NCBI GenBank assembly: GCA_963772455.1
Contig: CAVYXJ010000010.1
Location: forward strand, 64,001 to 128,000
Source of the DNA: Candidatus Bathyarchaeota archaeon
GTDB lineage: Archaea > Thermoproteota > Bathyarchaeia > Bathyarchaeales > Bathycorpusculaceae
Direction of reading: 5' to 3'
DNA: 64,000 bases
This document shows positions 19,204 to 28,479 of this stretch, piece by piece. The position numbers were made by a program, and so were the translations under genes. The stretch's first letter is position 1. Each line of letters starts with the position of its first letter. The notes beneath the pieces are model-generated. The model saw only the letters and a program-made list of their open reading frames with translations. It ran no database searches and was not told the DNA's origin.

Positions 19204-20256
19204 TTAAAGGTTTTTTGCATATTCAGAGGCTAATTTAAAGTACTTTTGTGCTTCTTGGATTGCAATTATCTTTTCTTCGGATGTAATATTCGGGTCGTCT
19301 ATTCTGAAACTGATTACTTTTCCCCTTACATACGCCCTATAGCATTTGTAAAATGATAGAAGCTGAGTTAATTGCTGGTCTTCGGAAAATGCGAGATATC
19401 TCTCGATGAAATAGTTAGCGAGGTCAGAGTGATGTTGGAAATCCAAGTCCATGGCCAAAAAAGCAACGTCAGCAGCAACGTCGGAATACCGGAAGCGATC
19501 ATTAAATTCAATTGCATCGAATATGCATATTTTATCGGTTATGAAGATATTTCCTGAATGTAAATCACCGTGACAATCTCTTATTCGATTGTTAGTTATT
19601 CTGCTTTCAAAAAGAGATTTATTTTTTTCAACGAAATTATTGATTTTGGTTTGGATGAATTGGAATTCATCCTGAGAGATTGTTTTGTGCGTGTATTTTG
19701 TGGTTTGAGAAAAGTTTTCTTCCCAATTAGTTTTCACTATTTTTATAGAGCCGTACTGACTTATTTCAAGATTTGTTTGGGCGCTTGAATGAAATTGTGC
19801 AACTATTTGCGCAATGTTGTCAATAATTTTTTTGTCAATTTTATTTTCTCTAAGCAGTGCAGTCATTATTCTTTCTTGTGGAAGCCGTTTCATCTTTAAG
19901 GCGTATTCAATGATTTCGCCTTGTCCATCTATTTTAATGATGTTTGATTTTTTAATTGGAACTACTTCAAGGTAAATTTCCGGGCAAAGACGTCTATTAA
20001 GTTCCAACTCCTTTTCACAGAACAAATGCCTTTTCTCAAGAGTTGAAAAGTCTAGGAACCCGAAGTTCACCGCCTTTTTTACTTTGTAAACGAAGTTTTT
20101 GGTTAAGAAAACAAAGGATATATGAGTTTGTATTAGTTCGATAATGCCAGGGTCTTGAGCATAAGCTTCTGGCTTAAGCATGGCTTCTACTACTTGCTTT
20201 TGGTCCTGCATTTTATGATACTCCTTAAGAGTATATTCTTTTGAAGTGGTAGTCAT
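19204..20256 (-). CDS. Aminoglycoside phosphotransferase-like kinase (COG2187-type domain)
   Basis: IQTHISFVFL, YKVKKAVNFGFLDFSTLEKR, DCHGDLHSGNI, FDAIEFN, YRAYVRGKV. Confidence 0.85.
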   Translation of the reverse strand: MTTTSKEYTLKEYHKMQDQKQVVEAMLKPEAYAQDPGIIELIQTHISFVFLTKNFVYKVKKAVNFGFLDFSTLEKRHLFCEKELELNRRLCPEIYLEVVPIKKSNIIKIDGQGEIIEYALKMKRLPQERIMTALLRENKIDKKIIDNIAQIVAQFHSSAQTNLEISQYGSIKIVKTNWEENFSQTTKYTHKTISQDEFQFIQTKINNFVEKNKSLFESRITNNRIRDCHGDLHSGNIFITDKICIFDAIEFNDRFRYSDVAADVAFLAMDLDFQHHSDLANYFIERYLAFSEDQQLTQLLSFYKCYRAYVRGKVISFRIDDPNITSEEKIIAIQEAQKYFKLASEYAKNL

Positions 20257-20294
20257 TAAATATAGGGTTTCTCTTTTTTTGGAAATATAGTATT

Positions 20295-20918
20295 TTAACT
20301 CATTTGAAAGTTCTTGACGTAATTCAAGACATTGTTGGCCTGATCCTTAGAAATACTTTTTTCACGATAGAGTGAACCCACAATTTCTGTTATGGTCGCC
20401 AAAGCATGAACTTTATAACCGAGTTTCTCCAGTTTTTCTTTCCCCCCGTGTTCGCGGTTTACTACAACCATCAGATGCTTAACGTTGGCGCCAAGTTCTT
20501 GAAGAGGTTTTATTCCTTCAACTTTTGATAATCCTTCACTTATTACGTCGTCGAAGAAAAGAATGTTATCTCCTTCAGCTACAGTTGCCCCTGCGATTCT
20601 ACCGGTTACACCGTATGATTTGTCCTCTTTTCTTACAATAACGCAAGGCAAGTTTAGGATGCACGCAATGCTTGGCACAATCAAAGCACCTTTAAGTTCG
20701 ATAGAAGCTAACTTGTCGATTCTATTAGTAGCCATTATCTGAGTTATTTTTTTGGATGCAGATTCAGCTATAGTGCATAGTTGCTTTGGTGAGGATAGAA
20801 CACGGGCCAGATCAATATAGTATGGGCTTGTTGCTCCTGATTTAATCTTGAAGCTGCCGAACTTTAAGCAACCTGATAAGTAGAGTGCATTTGCTACTTC
20901 ATCAACAGTATTTACCAT
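20295..20918 (-). CDS. pyrE: Orotate phosphoribosyltransferase
   Basis: KFGSFKIKSGATSPYYIDL, RKEDKSYG, PRPP loop FFDDVISEG. Confidence 0.85.
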   Translation of the reverse strand: MVNTVDEVANALYLSGCLKFGSFKIKSGATSPYYIDLARVLSSPKQLCTIAESASKKITQIMATNRIDKLASIELKGALIVPSIACILNLPCVIVRKEDKSYGVTGRIAGATVAEGDNILFFDDVISEGLSKVEGIKPLQELGANVKHLMVVVNREHGGKEKLEKLGYKVHALATITEIVGSLYREKSISKDQANNVLNYVKNFQMS

Positions 20919-21076
20919 GCGAGTTATCCCCGTTGTGAATACGAACCAGTAAATTTAACCCTTTACCAAACTATTTTAAGCTTAAAACTCTCTAAAAAAA
21001 TCTTTTACAGAAAAATGGAATCAAAGATCTTTGTTTGCATTTTCAGCAACTGGTAGACATTAAAAGCTGAAAAAAA

Positions 21077-22051
21077 TTAAACAACTAAATCAGCCATGTC
21101 GACGCTACCCTCATAAATTTGTTTGAGAAAAGACACCACAGCCAAAATCTGGGGCATCAAATCCACAAACGATTCTTTGGAAACATCTTCAACTTTAGAG
21201 CAAGTTACCTCGATTTTCCCCCTCAAACCACGTACATTCTCAGCCAATGAAATATCTTTAACTAAGAAAGCTTTGAGAGCTTGCTCATTGGCGTCGTAAC
21301 AAACGCATTGTAGATCAATTAGCAGCTTTCGCAGTTCATCAGATAATTTTATTCCGTTGAGGGCAATAGTGTTTGAAGCTACTTGCACACATGCATCACC
21401 TAAACCTTCGATAAGACTTGCCGCTAAACGATAATCCAAGCATTCTATTGGGGTAATTCCAATCTTCTCACTTAAACGTGGATTTTGAATAATCGTGCGC
21501 AAAATTCTCACTAATAAAAAATAGAACTTATTGTTCTCCACGTCCCTTTCAATAACATTCTTTGCCAAATCCATGTCACCATTAACAAAAGAGGTAGCTG
21601 CGTCCCGGATCATTCGAACTGCACTAGCATGATTGCGCTGTAAAATTTTTTCAGGAGAAGTAAAAGGCTGTTGCTGCATCAAACACTGAAGTGAAATCAT
21701 TGAAGTGGTTTCCTCAACAATCATCAAACCAGCAAGAGACTCAGCTGTAGATTTAACTAGATTTCTAACATTTGAATCAATTCGATCTTTAGCTTCTATA
21801 CGAATAATATCATATCCAAGAAGGTAGTGCCCGACAATTTCTCTTCCTAAAAAAGGACTAACCTTTAAAAATGCAACTCTGGGTTGCTGTTCAACATCAT
21901 ATTTTGAGTCGATAAGAAGTTTACCGTCTGCAGTCATATCCAAATTAACTAGACTACCTTTTTTTAGGCCATTCTTTTGAGCCCAGTCTCGCGGCACACA
22001 AACAAAGAACGTGCCTGTTGGAGTTTGTTGGACTTTTCGTAAATCACCCAT
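21077..22051 (-). CDS. phoU: Phosphate uptake regulator (AbrB-like N-terminus + PhoU domains)
   Basis: RKVQQTPTGTFFVCVPRDWA, YLLGYDII, PhoU helical repeats. Confidence 0.85.
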   Translation of the reverse strand: MGDLRKVQQTPTGTFFVCVPRDWAQKNGLKKGSLVNLDMTADGKLLIDSKYDVEQQPRVAFLKVSPFLGREIVGHYLLGYDIIRIEAKDRIDSNVRNLVKSTAESLAGLMIVEETTSMISLQCLMQQQPFTSPEKILQRNHASAVRMIRDAATSFVNGDMDLAKNVIERDVENNKFYFLLVRILRTIIQNPRLSEKIGITPIECLDYRLAASLIEGLGDACVQVASNTIALNGIKLSDELRKLLIDLQCVCYDANEQALKAFLVKDISLAENVRGLRGKIEVTCSKVEDVSKESFVDLMPQILAVVSFLKQIYEGSVDMADLVV

Positions 22052-22288
22052 ATTGATACACCTAAGGAAGATATAATGTATCTAAACTAAAGTCCAGTTA
22101 TATAAATTAAGTTAATTAACAATAATTAATTCTTAAAAATCATCAATAAACATGTCACAACACTTTAAAACACTTTTAAAATAAATAAAGAGCAACGAGA
22201 AGCTTCTCCAAAAAAAAGACACAAAACGAAAAACAGTTAATAACTCAAAAGCATAAGTGGCTAACATAAAAAACCCTAGCAGGAAACA

Positions 22289-23896
22289 TTGGTTAAAGGC
22301 AAGAAGTCAATGAGTGCCCAGGAAAAACTCCAACGTGCAATCCAAGCAACTATGGAAGCTGGATATCAATTAAATAGCGAAGCATTCGAGTTCCTAATTC
22401 AAAACGCCCAAACCAACGATCCTGCAAAAATTATGAACTTGGCGCTTGAGAGAATCCAAGGATTACAAGATAAACCGATGTTTATTGAGAAAAGCTTCCT
22501 AGAACCGCTTCTACAAGTCATTGAATCTGGTCCGCTAATTCAAATATCTGAGCCTCAAAGTAGTCCATTGAATATTGTTCCACAACCTCAACTACGATCT
22601 ATTGAGGAATATCAAAGTTCCATTGAACCAGAGTTTTATCCGTACGCAAGAGACATTGCAGCAGAAATCAATATCCTTGAAGACGCTACTGGAAAACTCA
22701 CTTCAAACGGTACATTGGACGAGTATGTACTTTATTTTCAAGATAGGTTTAAACGAATCGAAAAAATCCTGAGGCAAAGGATTGATGTTAAAGCAGCAAC
22801 CCCAATCATCGAAGCTCTCAAATCGCCTCCAAAAACCAAGATTAAAATAATCTGCATGCTAACAGACAAAAGGGATTCAAAAAATAACATTATTCTTTCC
22901 GTCGAGGATTTACATGGAAGCGCTACTATTATTGTTTCTAAAAAAGCCCCTGAAGAAGTAAAGAAGAAAGCACTCACGCTTCTACCAGATCAGGTTTTTT
23001 GCGCTGCCGTCGTCAAAACAAGAAGCGAATTGCTGATGGCTGAAGATATAATTTTTCCTGACGTAGGCAGAAAAGTGCCACAAAGAGCACAAGAACCAGT
23101 TTATGCTGTCCTCACATCGGACATCCACATTGGCAGCACAAAATTTACCAAAGAGCCATTCAAACGCTTCATCCTCTGGCTAATGGGCAAGTATGGAACC
23201 CCTGAAATGCGCCAGATAGCCAGCCGTGTTAAATATCTTCTTGTTGCTGGTGACATTGTGGATGGCATAGGCATTTATCCTGGGCAACAAAACGAGCTAA
23301 CCATAAGGGATTTGCATAAGCAATACAATTTTGCAATTAAATATTTAGAAAAAATCCCAGATTACATTGAAATCATTCTTTCCCCAGGTAACCATGATGC
23401 AGCACGAAAATCCCTGCCACAACCTGCAATTCCAGAAGGATATTTGACTGCTATTCAAGGCAAAAAGAACATACACTCAGTAGGTAGTCCATGCCTACTA
23501 AGCATTCATGGTGTAGAAGTACTCATGTACCACGGCAGAAGCTTAGATGACATAGTATCAGTTATCCCTGGCATGGACCATCAGCACCCAGAAAAATCGA
23601 TGCGTTTACTCATGCAAGGACGACATTTAGCACCCGTCTATGGTGGAAAAACCATGCTTTCCCCGGAAAACCGCGATTACCTCGTAATCGACAAAGTTCC
23701 AGACATTTTTCATGCAGGACACGTACATGTTAATGGTCTTTGCAATTACCGTGGAGTGCTTGTGGTTAATTCTGGCGGGTGGCAAGAACAAACTGATTAC
23801 ATGGAAAAGTTAGGGTTGGTTCCTACACCAGGACTGGTGCCCGTTGTGAACCTTCAGACTCTTCAGACCACCGTTTTATCTTTTAACGATGTCTAA
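22289..23896 (+). CDS. polB: DNA polymerase D small (exonuclease) subunit DP1
   Basis: SDIHIGS, AGDIVDGIGIYPGQ, PGNHD, YHGRS, RHLAP, HAGHVH. Confidence 0.95.
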   Translation: MVKGKKSMSAQEKLQRAIQATMEAGYQLNSEAFEFLIQNAQTNDPAKIMNLALERIQGLQDKPMFIEKSFLEPLLQVIESGPLIQISEPQSSPLNIVPQPQLRSIEEYQSSIEPEFYPYARDIAAEINILEDATGKLTSNGTLDEYVLYFQDRFKRIEKILRQRIDVKAATPIIEALKSPPKTKIKIICMLTDKRDSKNNIILSVEDLHGSATIIVSKKAPEEVKKKALTLLPDQVFCAAVVKTRSELLMAEDIIFPDVGRKVPQRAQEPVYAVLTSDIHIGSTKFTKEPFKRFILWLMGKYGTPEMRQIASRVKYLLVAGDIVDGIGIYPGQQNELTIRDLHKQYNFAIKYLEKIPDYIEIILSPGNHDAARKSLPQPAIPEGYLTAIQGKKNIHSVGSPCLLSIHGVEVLMYHGRSLDDIVSVIPGMDHQHPEKSMRLLMQGRHLAPVYGGKTMLSPENRDYLVIDKVPDIFHAGHVHVNGLCNYRGVLVVNSGGWQEQTDYMEKLGLVPTPGLVPVVNLQTLQTTVLSFNDV

Positions 23897-25134
23897 GTGA
23901 GGGGGTTTGGGTTTTTGCGAGAAGCTTGGGGTGAATACTCAATCAATCGATTAAAACGATTATCGCTACTAAAGACGTCTCTAATCAAACTGCGAGATAT
24001 CTCAAGCCTAATCTTTTTAGTTCTGCCGTATCGTCCCATGCTTACAACTTTTGCGTTCACAAGACCCATCGAATCAAGCTCGTTGACCAAAGTACCTAAA
24101 CGACGCTGTGTTAGAAGCCCAGCGCCCATTTCACCGCATAGTTCATTGTAAATATCGTATATTTCGCCTGTAGTAGCGCTCGACCTATTTAGGTGGTAAA
24201 CACTCAGCAACACTAACTTTGAATGCAACGTCAGATTATTGAGAGCTTCAATAACTCGATTGTGTTCAATATGTTTCTCTGCTTGGCGTACATGTTCCTC
24301 AGTAATTGTTTTTGCACCTGAACGCTCAGCAACTTCGCCAGCAACACGCAACAGATCTAAAGCACGCCTAGCATCACCATGTTCCGCAGCAGCCAAAGCT
24401 GAGCAAATACTCAAAGCTGAATCTGAAAGAACTCCATCTTGGAAAGACAATTTTGATCGTTCTAGCAAAATATTTCGAAGCTCCCCAGCATCATATGGCC
24501 TAAAGACAAGTTCTTCTTCACTTAATGAACTGAATACTCTCGGGTCCAAGAATTCTTTTAGGCGAAGATCATTTGAGATTCCAATTAGGGCAACTTTGCT
24601 TTTGGTTAACGTTTCATTTATCCTTGTTAACTCATACATGAAAGCGTCGCCATGTTCCTTAATCAAGGCGTCAACCTCATCCAAAACTATGATGAATATT
24701 ATCCTTGATTGTTCTAACCCTGAGCGGAACCTGTCAAAGACTTCACCTACTGATAAACCAGTGAAGGGAATGGTTAATCCTACACTTTGGCTTAAGGCTG
24801 CGAAAACCCTGTATTCTGAACCTGTCATACGACAGTTAATGTAGCAGAATTTGACTTGTGCACCATATTCTTTTGCTTTGGATTCCAGATGGCTTAAAAC
24901 ATATTTTGTTACGGCTGTTTTTCCTGTTCCAGTTTTTCCATAAATGAAAATATTTGAGCAACGTGAATCTCTCAAGACTGGAGCAACAGTTGCACCTAAC
25001 AATCGAATCTGGTCTTCACGGTGTGGAAGTTTTTCCGGAAGATAATCATGTCTTAAGACCTCGCGGTCTTTGAACAATTTAACTCCGTTTACGAAGTTTT
25101 CGAATACATCATCTAATACGCTTGAGTTGCCCAT
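23893..25134 (-). CDS. cdc6: Orc1/Cdc6 replication initiator
   Basis: LPHRE, YGKTGTGKT, VLDEVD, HGDARRALDLLR, GRYGRTK wHTH. Confidence 0.97.
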   Translation of the reverse strand: MGNSSVLDDVFENFVNGVKLFKDREVLRHDYLPEKLPHREDQIRLLGATVAPVLRDSRCSNIFIYGKTGTGKTAVTKYVLSHLESKAKEYGAQVKFCYINCRMTGSEYRVFAALSQSVGLTIPFTGLSVGEVFDRFRSGLEQSRIIFIIVLDEVDALIKEHGDAFMYELTRINETLTKSKVALIGISNDLRLKEFLDPRVFSSLSEEELVFRPYDAGELRNILLERSKLSFQDGVLSDSALSICSALAAAEHGDARRALDLLRVAGEVAERSGAKTITEEHVRQAEKHIEHNRVIEALNNLTLHSKLVLLSVYHLNRSSATTGEIYDIYNELCGEMGAGLLTQRRLGTLVNELDSMGLVNAKVVSMGRYGRTKKIRLEISRSLIRDVFSSDNRFNRLIEYSPQASRKNPNPLT

Positions 25135-25281
25135 TCACTATCCCACACTGCTTCAGAGGTAACACCGTTACTTCGTGTGGAACAGATAAAGTCTATAGTA
25201 CAAAAAAATAGTTTTAGAACACAACATTCCTAAAAAACAATGAAAACAAACGATAATAACCAAACAAAGCGAGAGCACACA

Positions 25282-25303
25282 CACCCCAATGTTTCTACTC
25301 GAG
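25282..25303 (-). repeat. ORB element 1
   Basis: Minus strand CTCGAGTAGAAACATTGGGGTG, resembling the ORB consensus TTCCAGTGGAAAC-n-GGGGT. Confidence 0.75.
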
Positions 25304-25466
25304 AAAAAAGCTTAGTAAAAGAAAATCACTAAATAATATATATACAATTATATACTCTGATAGGTAAGATGTTTTTTTATATATTAATAATTGCTATCAA
25401 AGAATTTAGACAAACATTCTGCAAATATTTTTTCAGCCTCACCTGTGTTCTTTTTGTCCTAAATAC

Positions 25467-25488
25467 TTCGAGAGGAAACATAGGGGTG
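25467..25488 (+). repeat. ORB element 2
   Basis: TTCGAGAGGAAACATAGGGGTG. Confidence 0.8.
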
Positions 25489-25620
25489 CGTCTCCAACCA
25501 TTTTTCCATAGTAAATTGTCCATGCGATAGCTTCTATGTGACAAATTGTAATATGGCTTAACTGAATTCAAGTTAAAGTTTCTTTAACAATTTTTTTAGT
25601 TGTCTTTTCCAGGATTTTCA

Positions 25621-25920
25621 TTCACAAAACTGTGAATAGATGTGAATTGATAGAGAAGATGTTGATTTATCAAGCTTTGATTCTGGTAAATTACCATTTT
25701 TAGGTCTTTTACATGTGAACAAGGCACCCCTACGCTTCTACTGGAAAAGTATAACCAAGGCTGAACTGAATTATTTCAGACGTTTCTTTTTACTGTGAAG
25801 CTGGTAATAACAAACAAACTTCAAATTACACCCGATATAGATTTATGAGCATCTAAATCGCTTATTTATTTACCATGATTCACCATAACAGCTATAAGGT
25901 GTGAAGCATAAAGTTGTGAA
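25621..25920. repeat. Cluster of TGTGAA/TTCAC motifs
   Basis: Copies at 25621, 25631, 25641, 25714, 25794, 25879, 25900, 25915. Confidence 0.65.
25725..25746 (-). repeat. ORB element 3
   Basis: Minus strand TTCCAGTAGAAGCGTAGGGGTG. Confidence 0.8.
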
Positions 25921-25941
25921 CAACCTTAAGGTGTATACCAG

Positions 25942-26376
25942 ATGCCGGCTCGGAAAATGCGCGTTGAGCTGTTCGATAGCGATGGTAATCGATATACTAT
26001 TGCTTTTGAGGGTCAAGTGACCAGAGAAAAAGCTTTGCGCCTTCTGGATCTGGTAGAGTTGCTGGGAAGTGCGCCGGGAGAAAACCTTAGTACGAATACA
26101 GGTACGGCTTTACCTAACAAGACCTTGTCACGTTTTGAAAAGGTTCAACTCGTTATCCAGAAAAACTTTCCTTTGATTTGGTTCTCTTCAAAGGATATAC
26201 AGTCAATTTACGAGCAGGAACTCAAAGAACCCGTCGGCCTCAGCACAGTTTCAACATATCTTTCAAGGATGTCAACCAAAGGTATGCTGCTTAGAACGGG
26301 TGGACCAAACTCCTTGAAATACAAGTCCGTGCCAAACCTTTCCCAAGCGACAACCATAAAACAACATATAAAATAA
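25942..26376 (+). CDS. Origin-adjacent protein with C-terminal winged helix
   Basis: N-terminal RVELFDSDGNRYTIAFEGQVTREK; C-terminal FSSKDIQSIYEQ...LSTVSTYLSRMSTKGML. Confidence 0.8.
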   Translation: MPARKMRVELFDSDGNRYTIAFEGQVTREKALRLLDLVELLGSAPGENLSTNTGTALPNKTLSRFEKVQLVIQKNFPLIWFSSKDIQSIYEQELKEPVGLSTVSTYLSRMSTKGMLLRTGGPNSLKYKSVPNLSQATTIKQHIK

Positions 26377-26471
26377 CCGAGACCAAGCTCTAAACAATTT
26401 AATTCAATCCAGGTTTGGATGTTTGAATCCAAATTTTTTTTAGTTAAACTATTTCGAAGCTTCTTTTAAAT

Positions 26472-27212
26472 TTACGATTGGCTGCTTTCAGCTTTTTGCA
26501 TCAGATTCTCCATTTCTTTTTTGATGCTGTATCTGAATGGAATTTTGCCAGCTTCTCGCTCCAGATATCCTTCTTCGTAGAGTTTCTTCATCAATCTTGC
26601 CGTGTGTTCCCTGCTAAGGTGAACTCTTTCTTTGATTTCAGGTGCCGTTTTCGCCCCTTCTTTGGATAAAATTTCTAGAACTGATATTTCAGTGTCAGTT
26701 AATGAGGCCATGGCTTTGTCACGTTTTAGCATTATAACGGGTTCACTCCTAATTTCAGGTGGGGCAATGTTGATTTTTCGGATTTGTTCTTCAAAACCCG
26801 TAATCTTTACTCGCAGTGTTTCTTGAGTTGCTTCTATGTCTTTTATTTTTAGCTCTAAACCTGATAACCCTGAAAGTATGTTTGTGTTATTTTGTGAGAG
26901 GTTTTGTGATATTGTTTGTGTTATGACGCCAATTTGTTCTTCGAATGGCTTTATCCTTTTTTCCACGTTATCTATCTTCTTTAGGCTGGTATCTGTTTTT
27001 GCAGAGTTACCTTCAACTTTGAATGTGATTATATCTAATTTGTCGGCTTCACGTTTTAGCTCCCGATTGAAACTTAGCACAATATCTTCGACAAAGTCTC
27101 TGGCTTTTTCGTATTCTTTTTGTGCTTTACGTATTTGTCTGTAATACTCAAATGACGCTGCTGATGTTGCAGCTAACAGGATGCCAATGAGTATTGGTGT
27201 AAAGTCGACCGT
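26472..27212 (-). CDS. Putative membrane-anchored coiled-coil MarR-type wHTH protein (probable ACG start)
   Basis: Frame stays open 44 codons upstream of GTG 27080, adding (T/M)VDFTPILIGILLAATSAASFEYYRQIRKAQKEYEKARD; GGGGT SD-like site upstream; C-terminal LTDTEISVL...TAPEIKERVHLSREHTARLMKKLYEEGYLER. Confidence 0.75.
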   Translation of the reverse strand, partial: TVDFTPILIGILLAATSAASFEYYRQIRKAQKEYEKARDFVEDIVLSFNRELKREADKLDIITFKVEGNSAKTDTSLKKIDNVEKRIKPFEEQIGVITQTISQNLSQNNTNILSGLSGLELKIKDIEATQETLRVKITGFEEQIRKINIAPPEIRSEPVIMLKRDKAMASLTDTEISVLEILSKEGAKTAPEIKERVHLSREHTARLMKKLYEEGYLEREAGKIPFRYSIKKEMENLMQKAESSQS

Positions 27213-27498
27213 GATGTATTACCCCTGTGATTTACGCGTGATTTTAGCAGTAACATCACACATCACAGTAATTCCATGGACTTTTTAAGGTTTGTGGTCA
27301 CATTATCACATGTTAACTATGACATCACACATCACAGCCAAATGACTTGTAACAAAAAGTCATTGCAACAGAATCGTTAAGGTTTAAAATGAGGTTATTT
27401 TATTAATTAAAGCATTTATTATAGTTATAATTTCATGTTTGAAATATCATTTTTGGTACGGGAAAAAGTTGTTATTGCCTGTGATTTGTGACGTCACA
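27211..27498. repeat. Cluster of TGTGAT/ATCACA motifs including a 16-bp direct repeat and a 12-bp palindrome
   Basis: ACATCACACATCACAG at 27253-27268 and 27322-27337; TGTGACGTCACA at 27487-27498; about 12 motif copies. Confidence 0.75.
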
Positions 27499-27991
27499 GA
27501 ATCTCTTTTGATGGACTAGAAAGCTGTTTTAGGCTCGTTTCGAGCTCCTCACGGATGATTTCTATGACTTTTAGATGATCTTTTAGTTCCTCTTCCTTCC
27601 CTGGGATGTCTTGGTGCGCCTCGACATATTCGTGAAGTTTATTGGCTATTTCGAGATACGGGTCAAGAGTTGGGCTCTCAAAAACACCCAAATACCCTAA
27701 AAGTAGTACTGTGTAGATCGATTTTATTACGTTTTCTTTGGACTGTTTTAAAGTCCTATTAAACGAGCCGCGGCTTATTTTAGCCTTAGTTAATCTTAAG
27801 GCAGCTTTTTCATCGTACTTTAGCTGTTTATCTGATATATTCTCGGCTAAAACGTCTATTAGCAGAGTTTCGAGTTGAGTTCTTGTTAATTGACTGTTCT
27901 TAGCCAGGATTTTGACTATAGGGTCGTTTAATGCCCCATTTAACCATGCTTGTACACCATCTTTTAGCTTCAAAGTGACACTATCTCCCAT
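27494..27991 (-). CDS. Conserved hypothetical protein, probable HTH
   Basis: SQLTRTQLETL...ISRGSFNRTLKQSKENVIKSIYTVLLLGYLG. Confidence 0.75.
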   Translation of the reverse strand: MGDSVTLKLKDGVQAWLNGALNDPIVKILAKNSQLTRTQLETLLIDVLAENISDKQLKYDEKAALRLTKAKISRGSFNRTLKQSKENVIKSIYTVLLLGYLGVFESPTLDPYLEIANKLHEYVEAHQDIPGKEEELKDHLKVIEIIREELETSLKQLSSPSKEIL

Positions 27992-28363
27992 GCTCTGAAT
28001 GGATACAGTTTTGTATTCCCAGCCTGCTTTTTAAGTTTTAGCTAGGTCAAACATCATACTAATTGTCCAATAAAGCCTGTAAATATTCGTTTAAACAGCT
28101 AAATAACCTAAAAATAATGCTTATTTGGTGTTTATGGCATATTTTGCCATAGTTAACATAAATAAGGTTAAATTATAGGCAATCCAAATCGAGTTATAGT
28201 AGGAACTTTAAACAAAAAATACACTTTTGTAATCTCTTCCAAAGATGTTTCTCGTTTTTTTAGACAACTTTATCCAAACAAAACCCATACGTTTTCATTT
28301 TTACACAAATTAAAACACAGTTTTTGACATAAATGCCTAACTTATCAACAATAGGAACGTTCC

Positions 28364-28477
28364 GTGACGTCACCAATCACGAGCAAAAATCACTGTGATT
28401 TCACCATAAAACTGTTGATATCACGGGCTGTGATTCAATTGTGATATGTGGCTACGGAGAAAGATTTTTTGTGTGAC
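28364..28477. repeat. Cluster of GTGAT/ATCAC motifs
   Basis: GTGACGTCAC 28364-28373, AATCACTGTGATT 28388-28400, further copies at 28376, 28420, 28429, 28440, 28472. Confidence 0.75.
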
Positions 28478-28479
28478 GC

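Larger units (their letters stand above)
25135..25941. other. Chromosomal replication origin (oriC) with ORB elements and AT-rich tract
   Basis: ~800-bp non-coding region upstream of cdc6 with three ORB-like boxes and a very AT-rich stretch at 25304-25466. Confidence 0.85.

Noticed and set aside
25377-25571. 64-aa ORF inside oriC
   Set aside because: Overlaps ORB2 and the AT-rich tract; no protein-like features.
27211-28477. Repeat clusters as a CRISPR array
   Set aside because: Repeats are 5-16 bp, irregularly spaced and in both orientations; no repeat-spacer periodicity and no cas genes.
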